Positions 25,566 to 37,814 are shown, numbered from the whole stretch's first letter. The stretch: DNA of 63,985 nt, filler included, from Octopus bimaculoides (GCF_001194135.2; 4 parts of 3 records of this genome joined end to end with filler, not necessarily neighbours in it); one strand, 5' to 3'. The notes: generated by a model not told the origin, from the letters alone. Made by a program: numbers and translations.

Positions 25566-25779
25566 ATGTAGACGTATATTATATGTATACATATGTATAT
25601 GTACACATACGTATACCTGCTCAGACACACACACACACATTGGGGGATGAAGTATCTTCTGGCCATGAAATCAAAAGTTAGTCAATGGCATCCTAACTAT
25701 GTGAGGGTGCTTCTCGGTGATATTAGGACTCTGCAATTAGCATTTCCAAGAGTTCTGGCTGAATGCTCTACTGATTAAG

Positions 25780-26310
25780 GCAGCTGCAGTACAGTAATGT
25801 GTTCTTGATATGAGTAGCATGAGTGTTTTTTAAAGGCGAAAGAGACAAGACTGCCATATTTTCGCTGGAGGATGCGTTCGGGGTCTCTGTACAGGGGATC
25901 AACGTAAGGTGTAAGTTGTTAGTGGATAAGTCATGGATGGAAAATGTTAAGGAAAAATAAAAGGTAGAATCATCTGTGTAAGAGAGGGTGGTGTTAGATG
26001 TAATGGCAAGTAAATCAGTGATGTATAGATGGAAATCAGTGGAGACAAAACTGATGCTTGAGACACGCAGGACTAGATTGAATCAGCGACAAAAACAAAC
26101 GTGACAATAGTACGATCTGATAAAAGGGTGTACCGATGAGAGAAGGATGGCCAGGAAGGTTCGATTCGCATATCAGACTCGGTTGAAAGCTTTTCTGGTG
26201 TCGAAGACGGCAACATTACTTTCGTCGAGTTTCTCCAAGTCAAGTACCCACTTGTAGGAGATGGAAGAAAATAAGTGATCTGTGGATTTTGTTTAACCAT
26301 TAGCATTTAG
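25780..26310 (-). mobile_element. CR1/L2-group LINE RT remnant
   Basis: Reads ...FHLYITDLLAITSNTTLSYTDDSTFYFS after a frameshifted GVPQGSVLSP-like motif; YTDD is derived from YADD. Confidence 0.7.
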
Positions 26311-26495
26311 TTTATTCCGTCAAATTTAATGCTTATATATTCTAATTCATTTCCATTAATCTTGCATTAACTTGTAGCATAGAGAGTCTCGCCGGTTTGA
26401 ACATAAAACATGGTACAATAATTTGGGTCTGACATGACCGGGTAAGAATATGTATCTGTATACACACGACCTGTTTTTTCACTCTCCCTAGCATA

Positions 26496-26544
<49 letters not shown>

Positions 26545-26554
26545 NNNNNNNNNN

Positions 26555-26604
<50 letters not shown>

Positions 26605-26754
26605 ATGTATGTATATCAATTATTACGGTGGCTAGTCGCAATTTACAACCTAAAGGCACAAGTACAAAACGTCACTATAAAAGTGAATCAGCCACTGATT
26701 CGTATAGTACTTTCTATAAACTGACAAGTCGAGTTAGCTTAACCCTAGGCAACG

Positions 26755-26810
26755 GAGTAACATCGCTGATGAGGATTAATTCGATTCGAAATCACCGGTG
26801 ATCTCACTCC
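26755..26810 (+). ncRNA. Candidate type I hammerhead ribozyme core
   Basis: CTGATGA (26766-26772); helix II GGATT/GATTC (two G-U pairs); GAAA (26788-26791); palindromic helix III ATCACCGGTGAT; AUC triplet ending at 26803. Helix I is poor near the core, although ggagt/actcc could pair distally. Confidence 0.5.
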
Positions 26811-27049
26811 CTCGCTTGCTGTAGGGAGACAATAGGTAGTGTTTTTTTGAACAGAAAATGCTTTGTTCGTGGTTAAGACTTGTCTTGACTCTTATTTCTA
26901 GCAATACTGGTACTGACTTGCACCCTTAGTTATTTTTAGTGACGTTTTGTGTTTGTGTTTTTTGGTTTTAAATTGTGACTAGCCACTTTAATAGTTTATA
27001 ACTATCACTTTACCATTTTACTGAATCAGCCACTAATATATAAATATAT

Positions 27050-27225
27050 ATCTTTTCCTTGCTTCAGTCATTAGACTGCGGCTATGTTGGGGCACCACCT
27101 TGAACATTTTTTTGGCGAATGAATCGACCCCAAGCCTTGTACTTATTCTATCCGTCTCTTTCACCGAACCGCTACTTTACGGGGACGTGAACGCACAAAC
27201 TCCGGTTGTCAAGTGGTGATATGAG
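27050..27225 (-). mobile_element. SINE family B 3' half
   Basis: Reverse complement of cacttgacaaccggag...gatagaataagtac...atgactgaagcaagg; aligns with 11425-11640. Confidence 0.8.
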
Positions 27226-27289
27226 ACAAACACAGATACAAAGACACACACACACATGTACATATATATGCATATACTCATATATTGTT

Positions 27290-27321
<32 letters not shown>

Positions 27322-27410
27322 AACAATATATGAGTATATGCATATATATGTACATGTGTGTATATACCTTCATCCACATGTACACATAGATACATATATA
27401 TGTATATATA

Positions 27411-27510
27411 NNNNNNNNNNNNNNNNNNNNNNNNNNNNNNNNNNNNNNNNNNNNTTAATTAATTAANNNNNNNNNNNNNNNNNNNNNNNNNNNNNNNNNN
27501 NNNNNNNNNN
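27411..27510. other. Artificial 100-bp assembly spacer 44N-TTAATTAATTAA-44N (also at 59028-59127 and 62738-62837)
   Basis: The same geometry appears three times, and the 12-mer is a six-frame stop linker. Confidence 0.95.
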
Positions 27511-27556
<46 letters not shown>

Positions 27557-28819
27557 TGTGTGTGTGTGCGTGTGTGCGTGTGCGTGTGTGTGTGTGTTTG
27601 AGTGTGTCTGTGTGTACAGGTATGTATTCGTATGTTTATATATGCAAGCATACACATATATGACGGCGCAGTATATATACAGAATATCTAAAATTACTGT
27701 GTGTATAATATTACTGATGAATGTCGTCAGGCGTGTGGTCCATGGGAACAAGGGGAGCAATGGTTCCCTTAAAAATTATAGAAACAAAATTAAAATTATA
27801 TTACTTATTTTTCATAAGATCGTTCTGCTAATGTTCTGTAAAATTAATATAAAGTACATCACAGCATAGGCTTCAGACTTGTATTGTCGGAATTAGCATG
27901 AGACGACAAGCAGTCGCAGACGACACAAAAAAGAAATTTGTGCAAGAGAAGTAACACGATCAGTTGCATCCTTTTCCATATAATATTTTAACATTTTATT
28001 CCGATAAAAATATCACAGAGACAATTTGTTTTTTCTAGTAAGAGTTGATAACGAATAAGTTTTAGATACTAATAAATACATATATGCGTAGATTAAATTT
28101 CTGACAATTCGCAATACCTATGATATATATAATCTTACGTTGTTATGTAACACTTACATAGGAAAGGGAAGCAAGTTGACATTCCGCTTCCATCAGAAAA
28201 ACGATGAAAAGATAACACGCGCGTAGTTTTCTGCGTTCATTCAACTAATATTTTATTCTTTTGCAAATTACAAAACACCCTTAATATAAAATGTTATTTT
28301 TTTTTATTTTAAAAATAGCTGTATAATATGAACGTGTCAATTTGATTTAAATATTTATGACAAAAAATTTTAGTCATTGCTTCCCTAGCCAGAAAGATCA
28401 CCGCACGTATGTATGTATGTATGTATGTATGTATTATGTATGTATTATGTATGTATGTATGTATGGATGGATGTATGTATACATGTATGCATGTATGTAT
28501 GTATGTATGTATGTATGTATGTATGTATGTATGAATGTATGTATACATGATGGTAGTCTCTCGTAGTCCGAGAAAGAGGGTTCTGAATTCGGAACGACCT
28601 AAATAAATTATTTGTACTGTACATTGCGGCGAGATGCGGATAATTCAGCAATTAGTAAGGGTAGCAGTGTTTGTAACGATTAATGATTAGTGTATCCAAA
28701 TCAATTTGAATGTGTCGTTTAGATCGGCTTAAACTGCTATTTTCATCCACAGATACTATCCTATGTTGACGACGCGGTAAACAACAGGATTATATACACC
28801 AATGAAATTATTATCAGTA

Positions 28820-29290
28820 CGTAGTGTGTTTTAACATCATCTCCCTCGGAATAGTTACCTTGGGCAGCAATACACCGGTCCCAGCGTTCCTGCCACTTTT
28901 TGAATCCGGCCTGGAAGTTGTTCTCTGCAAGCGAGTCGAAGACTTTCTGCGATTCGCTCTGGATCTTGACAACAGTGTTAAAACAGTAATCTTTGAGCTG
29001 CATTTTCATCTTGGGGGAGAGATGAAAGTCTTGATACACAATACCACATTTCCGTGGGTGACGCTCGTGGCAGGTCTTCCAGATCGGTCATCGTCTTCCA
29101 GGGACGTTCTTCCGCTTTTGAAAAGCCCGTGCCACTCGAAACATTGCGTACGACCTGTTGCCTCGTGGCCGTAAGCTTGCCGAAGCATGCTCAATGTCTC
29201 TGTAGCAGACCTCCCAAGTTTAACGCAAATTTTACGTTGGCTCATTGTTCTTGCCCATGACAAAATCGCAGACTACAGCATAAACGTGAA
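28820..29290 (-). mobile_element. Internally deleted mariner transposon
   Basis: CVKLGRSATETLSMLRQAYG...TQCFEWHGLFKSGRTSLEDDDRSGRPATS is joined to DFHLSPKMKMQLK...FKKWQERWDRCIAAQGNY. Confidence 0.92.
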
Positions 29291-29622
29291 CCATCTCGTG
29301 TGTATATGTGTGTATGTGTGCGTGCGTGCCTTGTGTGTATATATGTATGCATATTTATATGTATATATATATGTGTGTGTGTGTGGACAGAGAGAGAGAA
29401 AGAGAGAAGTTGAAAATGCACTGGGAAGCTTTTAGGTGGTATATTTTTAAAGGACTAACCGGCCTCACAGATTTTTTTCTGATTGTCATAAGTTAAGTTA
29501 GATAGAAACACATGGAGCTACGCTGCAACTGTTTTGCTTCTAACTGGAGTTCGAATATTCTCCTGTCTCTGTCAAGAGAGGACAAGAGTTGTTTGTGTGT
29601 AGTCCAGTGGTTGAATGGTAAT

Positions 29623-29945
29623 AATTTATATGTATGAGGTAGTATCAAAAATTTATATGTATGAGGTAGTATCAAAAATTCCCGGACAAGTTTTGTAGCC
29701 CACCAACAGATAACAGCACATAGTTGCGTGCGCACTGAGAGCTAGCAGTGACCTTCATGAGGCAGTGTGCCGAGTGATACCGCTGTGTTTATTTCACAAG
29801 TTATAAAATTTGTGTTTATGTGATCACGTGTATGCTGTAGTCTGCGACTTTTGTCATGGAAAGGAAGCCAGAACAAAAAGCCAACGTGAAATGTTGCCTT
29901 AAACTTGGGAAGTTTGCTACAGAGACACTGAGTATTCTTCAGCAA
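29623..29945 (+). mobile_element. 5' end of a second mariner copy of the same family, with a 27-bp tandem duplication over the TIR
   Basis: TIR-like tgaggtagtatcaaaaattcccggac; MERKPEQKANVKCCLKLGKFATETLSILQ; aatttatatgtatgaggtagtatcaaa repeated twice at 29623-29676. Confidence 0.85.
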
Positions 29946-30420
29946 TGTTGGATATGTGGAGGATGATTTAGCGTCTATGAGTAGTTTTCTGAGAGATTTT
30001 GATTTGCTTGTTTCATTCTTGGGGCTTGTCTCAGTAGTGGAATGTTCTGGTGGATAATATTGTAAGCCTCTGTGTTTTTCGCGTTGTATGTTGTACGATT
30101 ACAAGTGTAGGATAGTGGGAGATTTTTTGTAGTTCTTGAATATTTATTGCTTTGGCACGTTCTATTCCGTTGTCTGTTAAGCTTCATGGATATTGTCTTT
30201 AAGCTGTATTTCTTTTCAGTTCTGCAGTTCTTCAGTCTTTTATTACGAGTCTATCTCTTATTGGTCTTTCTCTACCCCTACCCCTGATCCGACTACTCCC
30301 TCCTTCCACCTACTTCTACCTGTCTTCCTCCACTCATTCTATCCTTAAATTCCATGCATTATGATCTGGAACGTTAGATGCTAATCTCTTCATCCTGAAG
30401 ACGAAAGCCGGATTTATTTA
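29945..30420 (-). mobile_element. PLE RT-thumb fragment (same family as 32376-34751) plus a possible inverted terminal piece
   Basis: EAYNIIHQNIPLLRQAPRMK matches EAYIIHQNIPLLMNDLRMKK at 33318-33539. The pyrimidine-rich segment 30235-30420 ends in CTGAAGAcGAAA, possibly a collapsed hammerhead. Confidence 0.7.
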
Positions 30421-30426
30421 TAATAT

Positions 30427-30630
30427 TCTTTTCTACTCTAGGCACAAAGCCTGAAATTTTGGAGGAGGTGGCCAGTCGACCCCAGTAGGCAACTGGTACT
30501 TAATTTATTGACCCCAAAAGGATGTAAGGCAAATTCGACCTCGGCGAAATTTGAACTCAGAACGTAAAAACAAACGAAATATCTTTAAGCATTTCGCCCG
30601 ACGTGCTAACGTTTCTGCCAGCTCACCGCC
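30427..30630 (-). mobile_element. SINE family A, near full length
   Basis: Aligns with the other copies from the head (ggcggtgagctggcagaaacgttagc) to the tail. Confidence 0.92.
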
Positions 30631-30879
30631 TCAATTTACTTATAATATTACCTTTACAATCTATGATTGCCATAATTCAGTGATGCACAGCGTTCACCTA
30701 TTGTTAGATTCCTTCTGTATGGTATGGCTCTACGCATAATAGATCAAGCCATTGAGTAATTTTTACTTTTCCTCTTTAATTCCCAACTTCCGAGGATAAT
30801 GAAGAGCCCCTTGCCTTACCTTCAGAATTAATATGTTGAAGATGGTTACGTAAAAAGACCTTAATATTATTAGATCTAT

Positions 30880-31700
30880 TAGAAGCAATCATGTACCTAA
30901 AAACAATATTACTCGTTAAACATTTATTATCCAAGAACCTCTGGTACCAATCACAGCTTTAATACATCGAGGAATTAATTCGTAAACACTCTGATCGAGT
31001 TGTTAGAGAAATGTTCAATCATTCTTTCAGTAAAACCTTTAGCTCTTTCAGTGCCGATAACAGAGGAAAGCAGTTCCTTACTTGTTGCTCTTGAATATAC
31101 CATAAATGTTCGATTGCATTGAGATCTGGTAATTGTGGCTCCCAATCCAAGTGGTCTACTTCACTTTTGTGTTCTTCGGACCAATCTTAAATAACATTAA
31201 CCGCTTGAATCGCATTATCGTCCGAAGATTGTGCTACTATCTGGCGATGATGATTGCACCGTGGGAGGGATATAATCAAGCAAAATACCTTGGCATTAAC
31301 CCTGCCATGTAAAATAAGTGAATGACCAAACACTTCTGTGATATGACAGGAAAAATCATCAAGAGCAACCTCCATATTCCTCAGTAGAGGCCAAACAGTC
31401 AGGGTTAAATGATTTTTTTTTTTTGAGTAGTCTCCAGGCATAAACTCTCCCCAAAGTGGAGAAAAGGCTGAATGAGAATTCAAAAGAAAAGATATTCTTC
31501 TATTGAACCTTCGAACACTTCTAACAGTCTAGACACCATTTCCCCCCTTACTGATATTGATGGAGGTCAGGTGAACTTCACAAATAGCAAGATTCCCATG
31601 CATCCAGGTTTATGGAGCTCACTGCTGACAGTTTTAGTCGACACAGACTTGGCGAGGCGGTGGTTTAGCTCTCCTCTCATTTTTGCTGCCGTACTTCTAT
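30880..31700 (-). mobile_element. Degenerate Tc1 transposase (same family as 2955-4015)
   Basis: Pieces read ELHKPG, FSFEFSFSLFSTLGRVYAWR, LHGRVNAK, DDNAIQAVNVI*DWSEEHKSEVDHLDW and LPDLNAIEHLW. Confidence 0.8.
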
Positions 31701-31765
31701 GATTTTCTGACGCAGTACATTTCACTTTTCTCTGTGAGCTTTGCCCTCTGTACAGAATTACGCTT

Positions 31766-31812
31766 GAGAACGTGTATAAAGAGAACGTGTATAAAGAGAA
31801 CGTGTATAAAGA
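31766..31812 (+). repeat. Perfect 15-bp tandem repeat (gagaacgtgtataaa) x3
   Basis: Seen directly. Confidence 0.97.
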
Positions 31813-32080
31813 TCTGCCAATTATGTATCAAGATCTATTTCAAATGTCTTCAGCGAAATTTCCACAGCGAATTTTTACCGGTTAGAGAACCCGTTAAATA
31901 GCCATGATCTCTAACCGATAAATTCGCTGCAGAAATTTATTTAGTGCAGAGTTCTTTCCGGTTTCAGTGCGCCAAAATGAATAGCGAAACCTGAGGTATG
32001 GAGTTTATTGCCAAATTTTGTATCTTTTCATTTGTTTTGCTCGCTTACATCTCTGGCGTTTGCTGAAATTTCTTGAGAAC

Positions 32081-32375
32081 AAATTTGAAAAACTTTAATC
32101 GCTTTTAAATAAATTTATTTACATATATACCAAACTAGTTTCAACGATATTTGTTGTTTATCAATGGTAATTTCTTTTAATTATGAATCAACTTTCGATG
32201 TTTATAAGTTTCAATAATATGAAATATGATTTAAATGTTCATAACATTCAATAATTTTAAATGAGTAGATCATTTTGTTTAAATGCACAAAATTCAATAG
32301 TGTTAGTAGTGACCAATAAGAAATGTGAAACATCAAAGTTTTGGTCATACTGAGTTAAGAGGAAGAAAACAAGGG
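32081..32375 (+). repeat. Left arm of a ~300-bp inverted repeat flanking a PLE
   Basis: Aligns by eye with the reverse complement of 34752-35065, with moderate divergence and indels. Confidence 0.92.
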
Positions 32376-34751
32376 AGAAATGAAGATAGTAAAAAAGGGT
32401 TTTGTTTACAGTTTCTGTGATTCTCTTTCCCTCATGTGTAGGGATTTTCGCTTGTAACGGCGTATTTTGGAATCCGGCATATTTATGATTTTTTTTCCGT
32501 GAACGGATCTGATTTTTGGTTCGTTAAAGTACTGGTGACATCTTGTTTTTCTGGTGGTCGAGTTTGTCGTTCTACCTGGTTGAATTCTCTGTGGGGAACA
32601 GTCATCAGAACTTCTAGTTGGTTGATTCTCTTAAAGGGTCATTTTGTTGCATTTGCTGGAGTTCGGGTTTGATCGGAGGTAAAAATTTCATTGGTCTAGA
32701 GTTAGGTAACGTCAGCAACTGGTGTTTGTATGGTGTTATTGTATGATAATTTGCAATTGCGTTTCCGAAACCCGCGTGGAAGACTTACTAAAGATTTTTG
32801 AATTATGTCTCTTGTTTCTGGTTGTTTGTTTGGGGGTTTTTTGCGGAGAAATTGGGTATTTTTTCCTTTTTTCTCTTTAGTGTTTTTTTTTTCTTTCTAA
32901 AGGATTTCAGTTGTGGTTTATCTTTTTTAATGAGCATGCATTCCTTATTTAAACGGAATTGGGTTGAAGTGTTTCCGGTGCATTGATAGAGAGGGAAGTT
33001 TTGGTATTTCGGATTTATGTTTGCGGGGCATTGGTCTAGATGTTTGCTGACGGGAATTTTCCTGATCGTGGGGTCCGGGATTTGTTGCCTGCGTACCGTG
33101 AGTCTGTCCATCAAGGTCAAACTGGTTTGATTTATGAAGTATCTACCACACCCTCCACATTTGATTAAGTTCTTCGAAGCACAGGTAAAGTGATTTTTTA
33201 TGGTAAAAGTTTGACCTGACTTAAATTTGTATGTTGAGCCCTCTAAGAGGAAGATGCAAGTCCCGCAGTTAGGGCGCTTACACTTTTTGACTAGTAGGGT
33301 TGTTTTTTTTTTGTGGGTTATTTGGCGCTGGTGAGTAACTTTTTTAGGGATTGCGGTTGTCTCTTGCTTTTAATAATCCTATGTGTTCCAAGTGCCTTTT
33401 TCATTCGCAGGTCATTCATAAGGAGGGGTATATTTTGGTGGATGATGTATGCTTCCATGCGCCCCGGACTGTGTGTTGATACGTAAGATAAAGTTTTAAG
33501 TGTATCATGGTGTTTATTTGTTTCCCGTAACTCTTGCATGCACGTCCTATTCCGTTTTTGATTAGACTGGCCGGGTATTTTCTGTCTAGTAATATGTTTT
33601 TAAGTTCTTGGAGTCGCTTTTCTCGGGTTTCGGGATTTGATGCGATCGTGCAAATTCTTCTTGCTAAGTTTAACGGTATATTTATTTTTATATGTTTTGG
33701 GTATCAGGAGGAGAACAGAAGATATTGTTTTCAGTCCGTTGGTTTGATGAATATTTCGGTTTCAGTTTCAGTATCTCTTTTTATGATTAAGATGTCCAGG
33801 AAGGGTAATTGTTTGTGGCTGTATTCCATTGTGAACTGGATCCTGTGGTTAATGTTGTTGATTAAGATTATGTGACTACAAAATGAAACAATCATCCAGG
33901 TGGCGTTTCCAGTTGGTGAGTAAGTGTTTTTGGAAGTTGTCTCCAAATTTCAACCTAGCGTGCTCGTATATTTGGAATTCTAAGTATTCTTTGAGAAGGT
34001 TGGCAAAAGTAGGGGCTACCATCTTTCCCATCGTTGTGCCCGATTTTTGTCTATAAGTGTTCTCGTTGAAGGATGAATTTTATTCTTTCAACGATGAATC
34101 CTTTTCCGTTTCGATCAGGGATGTCATTTGGGAATTTTTCCATCCAGTATTGTATAGCTATTATTCGTATTCGTGAGAAATTGAAGTGTAGAGGTTTATT
34201 ACATCGAATGAAACCAGAAGGGAGTCCTTGCTGGTTTTGTTCGGGAGATGGTCTAAAAAGTGCAGATCATCCCGTATAAAGCTCGGTATATGCAGGAGAA
34301 TAGGTTTAAGGAATTCATGGATATCACTTTGTATATCATTTAGGTTGGATCTTTGTGGTGTTGGAGTGAATTTCAGTCATTTTGCGAGAATTTTGATTTG
34401 CTGGTTTGAAAGGGATTTATATGAGAGATCTGAACATTTGGAAAGTGCCATCGAGTGTCTCGGTTTTGACCCAGTTTGCCTAAAAAATGGTTTCTTGGGT
34501 TCTGATTTAAGGAATTAGTACTCTTGTTGATTGTCCTTCCGTTGACCCTTGGTCTATTATTGGTTCTCCGTTGTTGTCGGTTCTGAGTGGGGTTGTCATA
34601 ATGATTATATCTTGTGGTTTGGACAAGTTGGTCATTGTGGAAGATATGTCTCGAGCGGGACAAGTTCCTGCTCCTTCTTTGGTCCTATTCGAAGTCTTCA
34701 GTATGTGTGATGTGTCTCGGACGTGGGGAGTTATTATTTCTCTGACAGTAC
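32376..34751 (-). mobile_element. Near-complete but degenerate PLE (Neptune-like: RT + Zn-finger linker + GIY-YIG)
   Basis: N-terminal KILAK*LKFTPTP; RT motifs SFDVINLYTSI, MVAPTFANL, WKRHLDDCFI and LPFLDILI; thumb NIPLNLARRICTI; linker KCKRPNCGTC...FTCASKNLI.KCGGC; GIY-YIG ...TLMDRLTVRRQQI...VSKHL. There are many stops and frameshifts and an internal deletion. Confidence 0.95.
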
Positions 34752-35065
34752 CCCTTGTTTTTCGCCCTCTTAACTCAATATGACCGAAATTTTGATGATC
34801 CACATTTTTTATCGATCACTACTAATACTATTGAATTTTGTGCATTTAAACAAGATGATCCACATTTTTTAGATTATTGAATGTTATGAACATTTTAATC
34901 ATATTTCATATTATTAAGACTTATAAACATTGAAACTTTTAAACATGTTTTTCTAATTCATAATTTCAAATTTTTACCATTGATAAACAAAAGATATTGT
35001 TGAAACTTGCTTGGTATATATGTAAATAAATTTATTTAAGAACAATTACAAGTTTTTTCAAATTT
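34752..35065 (-). repeat. Right arm of the ~300-bp inverted repeat
   Basis: See 32081-32375. Confidence 0.92.
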
Positions 35066-35899
35066 GGGTGCACGTTCAACAAAAAAATTACCTATACATG
35101 CATATATATATATATGTATGCATGTATGTATGTATGTATGTATGTATGTATGTATGTATGTATATGTATGAATGTATGTACGTATCTATATATATGTATG
35201 TAGGTATGTATGTATGTATATGTATGTATGTATATATATANNNNNNNNNNNNNNNNNNNNNNNNNNNNNNNNNNNNNNNNNNNNNNNNNNNNNNNNNNNN
35301 NNNNNNNNNNNNNNNNNNNNNNNNNNNNNNNNNNNNNNNNNNNNNNNNNNNNNNNNNNNNNNNNNNNNNNNNNNNNNNNNNNNNNNNNNNNNNNNNNNNN
35401 NNNNNNNNNNNNNNNNNNNNNNNNNNNNNNNNNNNNNNNNNNNNNNNNNNNNNNNNNNNNNNNNNNNNNNNNNNNNNNNNNNNNNNNNNNNNNNNNNNNN
35501 NNNNNNNNNNNNNNNNNNNNNNNNNNNNNNNNNNNNNNNNNNNNNNNNNNNNNNNNNNNNNNNNNNNNNNNNNNNNNNNNNNNNNNNNNNNNNNNNNNNN
35601 NNNNNNNNNNNNNNNNNNNNNNNNNNNNNNNNNNNNNNNNNNNNNNNNNNNNNNNNNNNNNNNNNNNNNNNNNNNNNNNNATAATTATGATAATAATATT
35701 AGGGATAAAAATCCAAATTTACAGGTAAAAACTCAATTCAATTTAATTTATCAAAATTATAATTAAATTAAGTTTCACAGTATATAATATATAAATATAT
35801 AATTTAGAGAAAAGAACCACAATTCCTGAACTCATCTATGAAAATCCACAGTCACACATAGAAAAATTTCATAAGTAAATACACTAAAAAGAACTATAA

Positions 35900-37350
35900 T
35901 AAAATACAAAGTAATACGCTTTTCATTAGGTTCGCATATAGTTTTATTGGCACTGTCTGTATCATCTTGTGCATTTGTCTTCAACTGATCATCATTAACA
36001 TGAACTGCTATTTGTTGTCCAATAAGTAACCAAGTTTGTTCCTTTGAATCGTCTCATAAACACTTCAAGTTTTTATATCGTGGATCAAGTGTTGATGCAA
36101 TCTGTAATATTTAAATACTTTTCATGTCAGCTACACTTTTGCTGAAGTCATTAACAGATGCCGCCTTGAATCTGGCTATATAACCTGGATCATCATCCTT
36201 TACAGTCATGTGTTTTGTCAAAGACATTAACAGTGGCAATACACAGCTACATGAATAAGTCTAATAACGTTGATGTATTTTGAAATCTTTTCCCAGTCAG
36301 AACCGAACAGTTTTGGACCTTTATATTGCTTCTCTTGGTCTGACATGTAGAGGGTTATTACTTATCTGGCCCTCAGTAGGCAGCGTTAGAAAAGTACTGT
36401 TCCATCTTGTGGGAACATCTTACTGTCGCTTACGCAATGGTTAATTACTACAATTCTGCAATTCAATTGAGTGGATAAGTATATATTTAAAATGTCCTAT
36501 GGTTTTTCGACATTTAACAAACGATGTTTCTGTATCTACGGCTTTAAACCCATGCAATATGCTCAACTGTAGTCTCTGAGCCAAACACGGAATATGAGCA
36601 AAACCAGTTTCATTAACAGCTGAAACCAAATTTCGTGCATTGTCTGTTACTAGAACCTAAATCTTCTTTGTTATATCCCAGTCTTTTACAAATTGTTTAT
36701 ATAACTCAGCCACATTGTTGGAATAGTGACATTCAACAACATGCACACATTCAAGAATAACACTTATTAAATTCTAGTCATCAGCAGTCCAATGGCTAGT
36801 GATTCCGCAATAACTTTCATTACCTAGGGATATCCAAAAATCAGATGTTAGTGTAACTGCCTTTGAACTTTTCACTGCTTCTAAAACGCTTTCTCTTTTT
36901 CTATTATAAATATCAGCCAATATTTTATCAATACTGCGCCGGCAAGGTAGTTTATATTCGGTAATTTGAAGCGCTGTATGCAATACTTGCTGAAGACCAT
37001 CATCTTTTACTATCGATATTAGTCTACCACTATTAGCTATCCAGTTTGCAAGTGATATTTTAATGTCACGTTGTAAGGCAGCATTCACCGGGTGATCAGA
37101 CCAATGATAAAACTAACTCAAAGTAGTCTGCTTGGAGATAGATGACACCACCGCTTTAGACTGACTAAACGAAGCTGACTTTGCGAGCTGAGGTTTCGAA
37201 TACTGTAGCGAGTAGTTGTTTTGAAGGTGGTAAGTAATCGATGTGTTAGATCCATGCTATGCGAACGATTTGTCGCAATGGAGGCAATAAACTTTATCAG
37301 AAGTTTTGATATTACCGTCAGCCAACAATTTATATACATGCTTAACACCA
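35900..37350 (-). mobile_element. hAT (Ac/ZBED1-like) transposase pseudogene
   Basis: BED finger KVYCLHCDKSFA*HGSNTSITYHL; catalytic TSDFW and VTDNARN; CLAQRLQL; DVPTRWNSTF; ASTLDPRYKNLKCL. Stops and frameshifts are present. Confidence 0.93.
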
Positions 37351-37731
37351 ACATACAAATATATACATGTTTAACACCAAATGTTTTAATGCAGGTACAT
37401 TCATGTATTATACGCTTTCATGTTTTGTATATTTGTACTTGAATTGATACTGTATATGAATACGCCTGTGATAGGAAATGATTTAATTTGATAAAGGGAC
37501 TTGACTTTTGAAATTTTTTCTCCATTCTTGCCTTATATATATACAAATATGTATGTGTGTGTGCATATATGTACATGCGTGTGCGTTTGTGACTATGCAT
37601 AACTGCGTGAATGTGTACAATTATTATTTCATTCTATAATCTCCTCTCTCTTTTATATATTACTAGATTTGTTTTTCTCTCCTCTAACTATATTTCTTTA
37701 AAATATTTATGAACGCTTCATCCAAGTGTAT

Positions 37732-37804
37732 ATTTTGTTAGTTCAGTCGGTAAAGCACGAAATTCTTAATCTCAGGATCGTGGGTCCGAGCCCCACGTTG
37801 GGCG
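37732..37804 (+). pseudogene. tRNA-Lys(CTT) pseudogene
   Basis: ttagttcagtcggtaaagcacgaaattCTTaatctcaggatcgtgggtccgagccccacgttgggcg closely follows metazoan tRNA-Lys-CTT. The 5' acceptor strand is destroyed and the T-loop is mutated (GTCCG). Confidence 0.88.
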
Positions 37805-37814
37805 AATATTTCTC

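Noticed and set aside
34640-34705. Possible decayed hammerhead at the PLE 5' region (minus strand CCAAAGA..GAGC/GCTC..GAGA)
   Set aside because: It needs three core substitutions and helix I is weak; not supportable without a consensus.
37732-37804. Functional tRNA-Lys gene
   Set aside because: The acceptor stem cannot pair and the T-loop is mutated; called a pseudogene.
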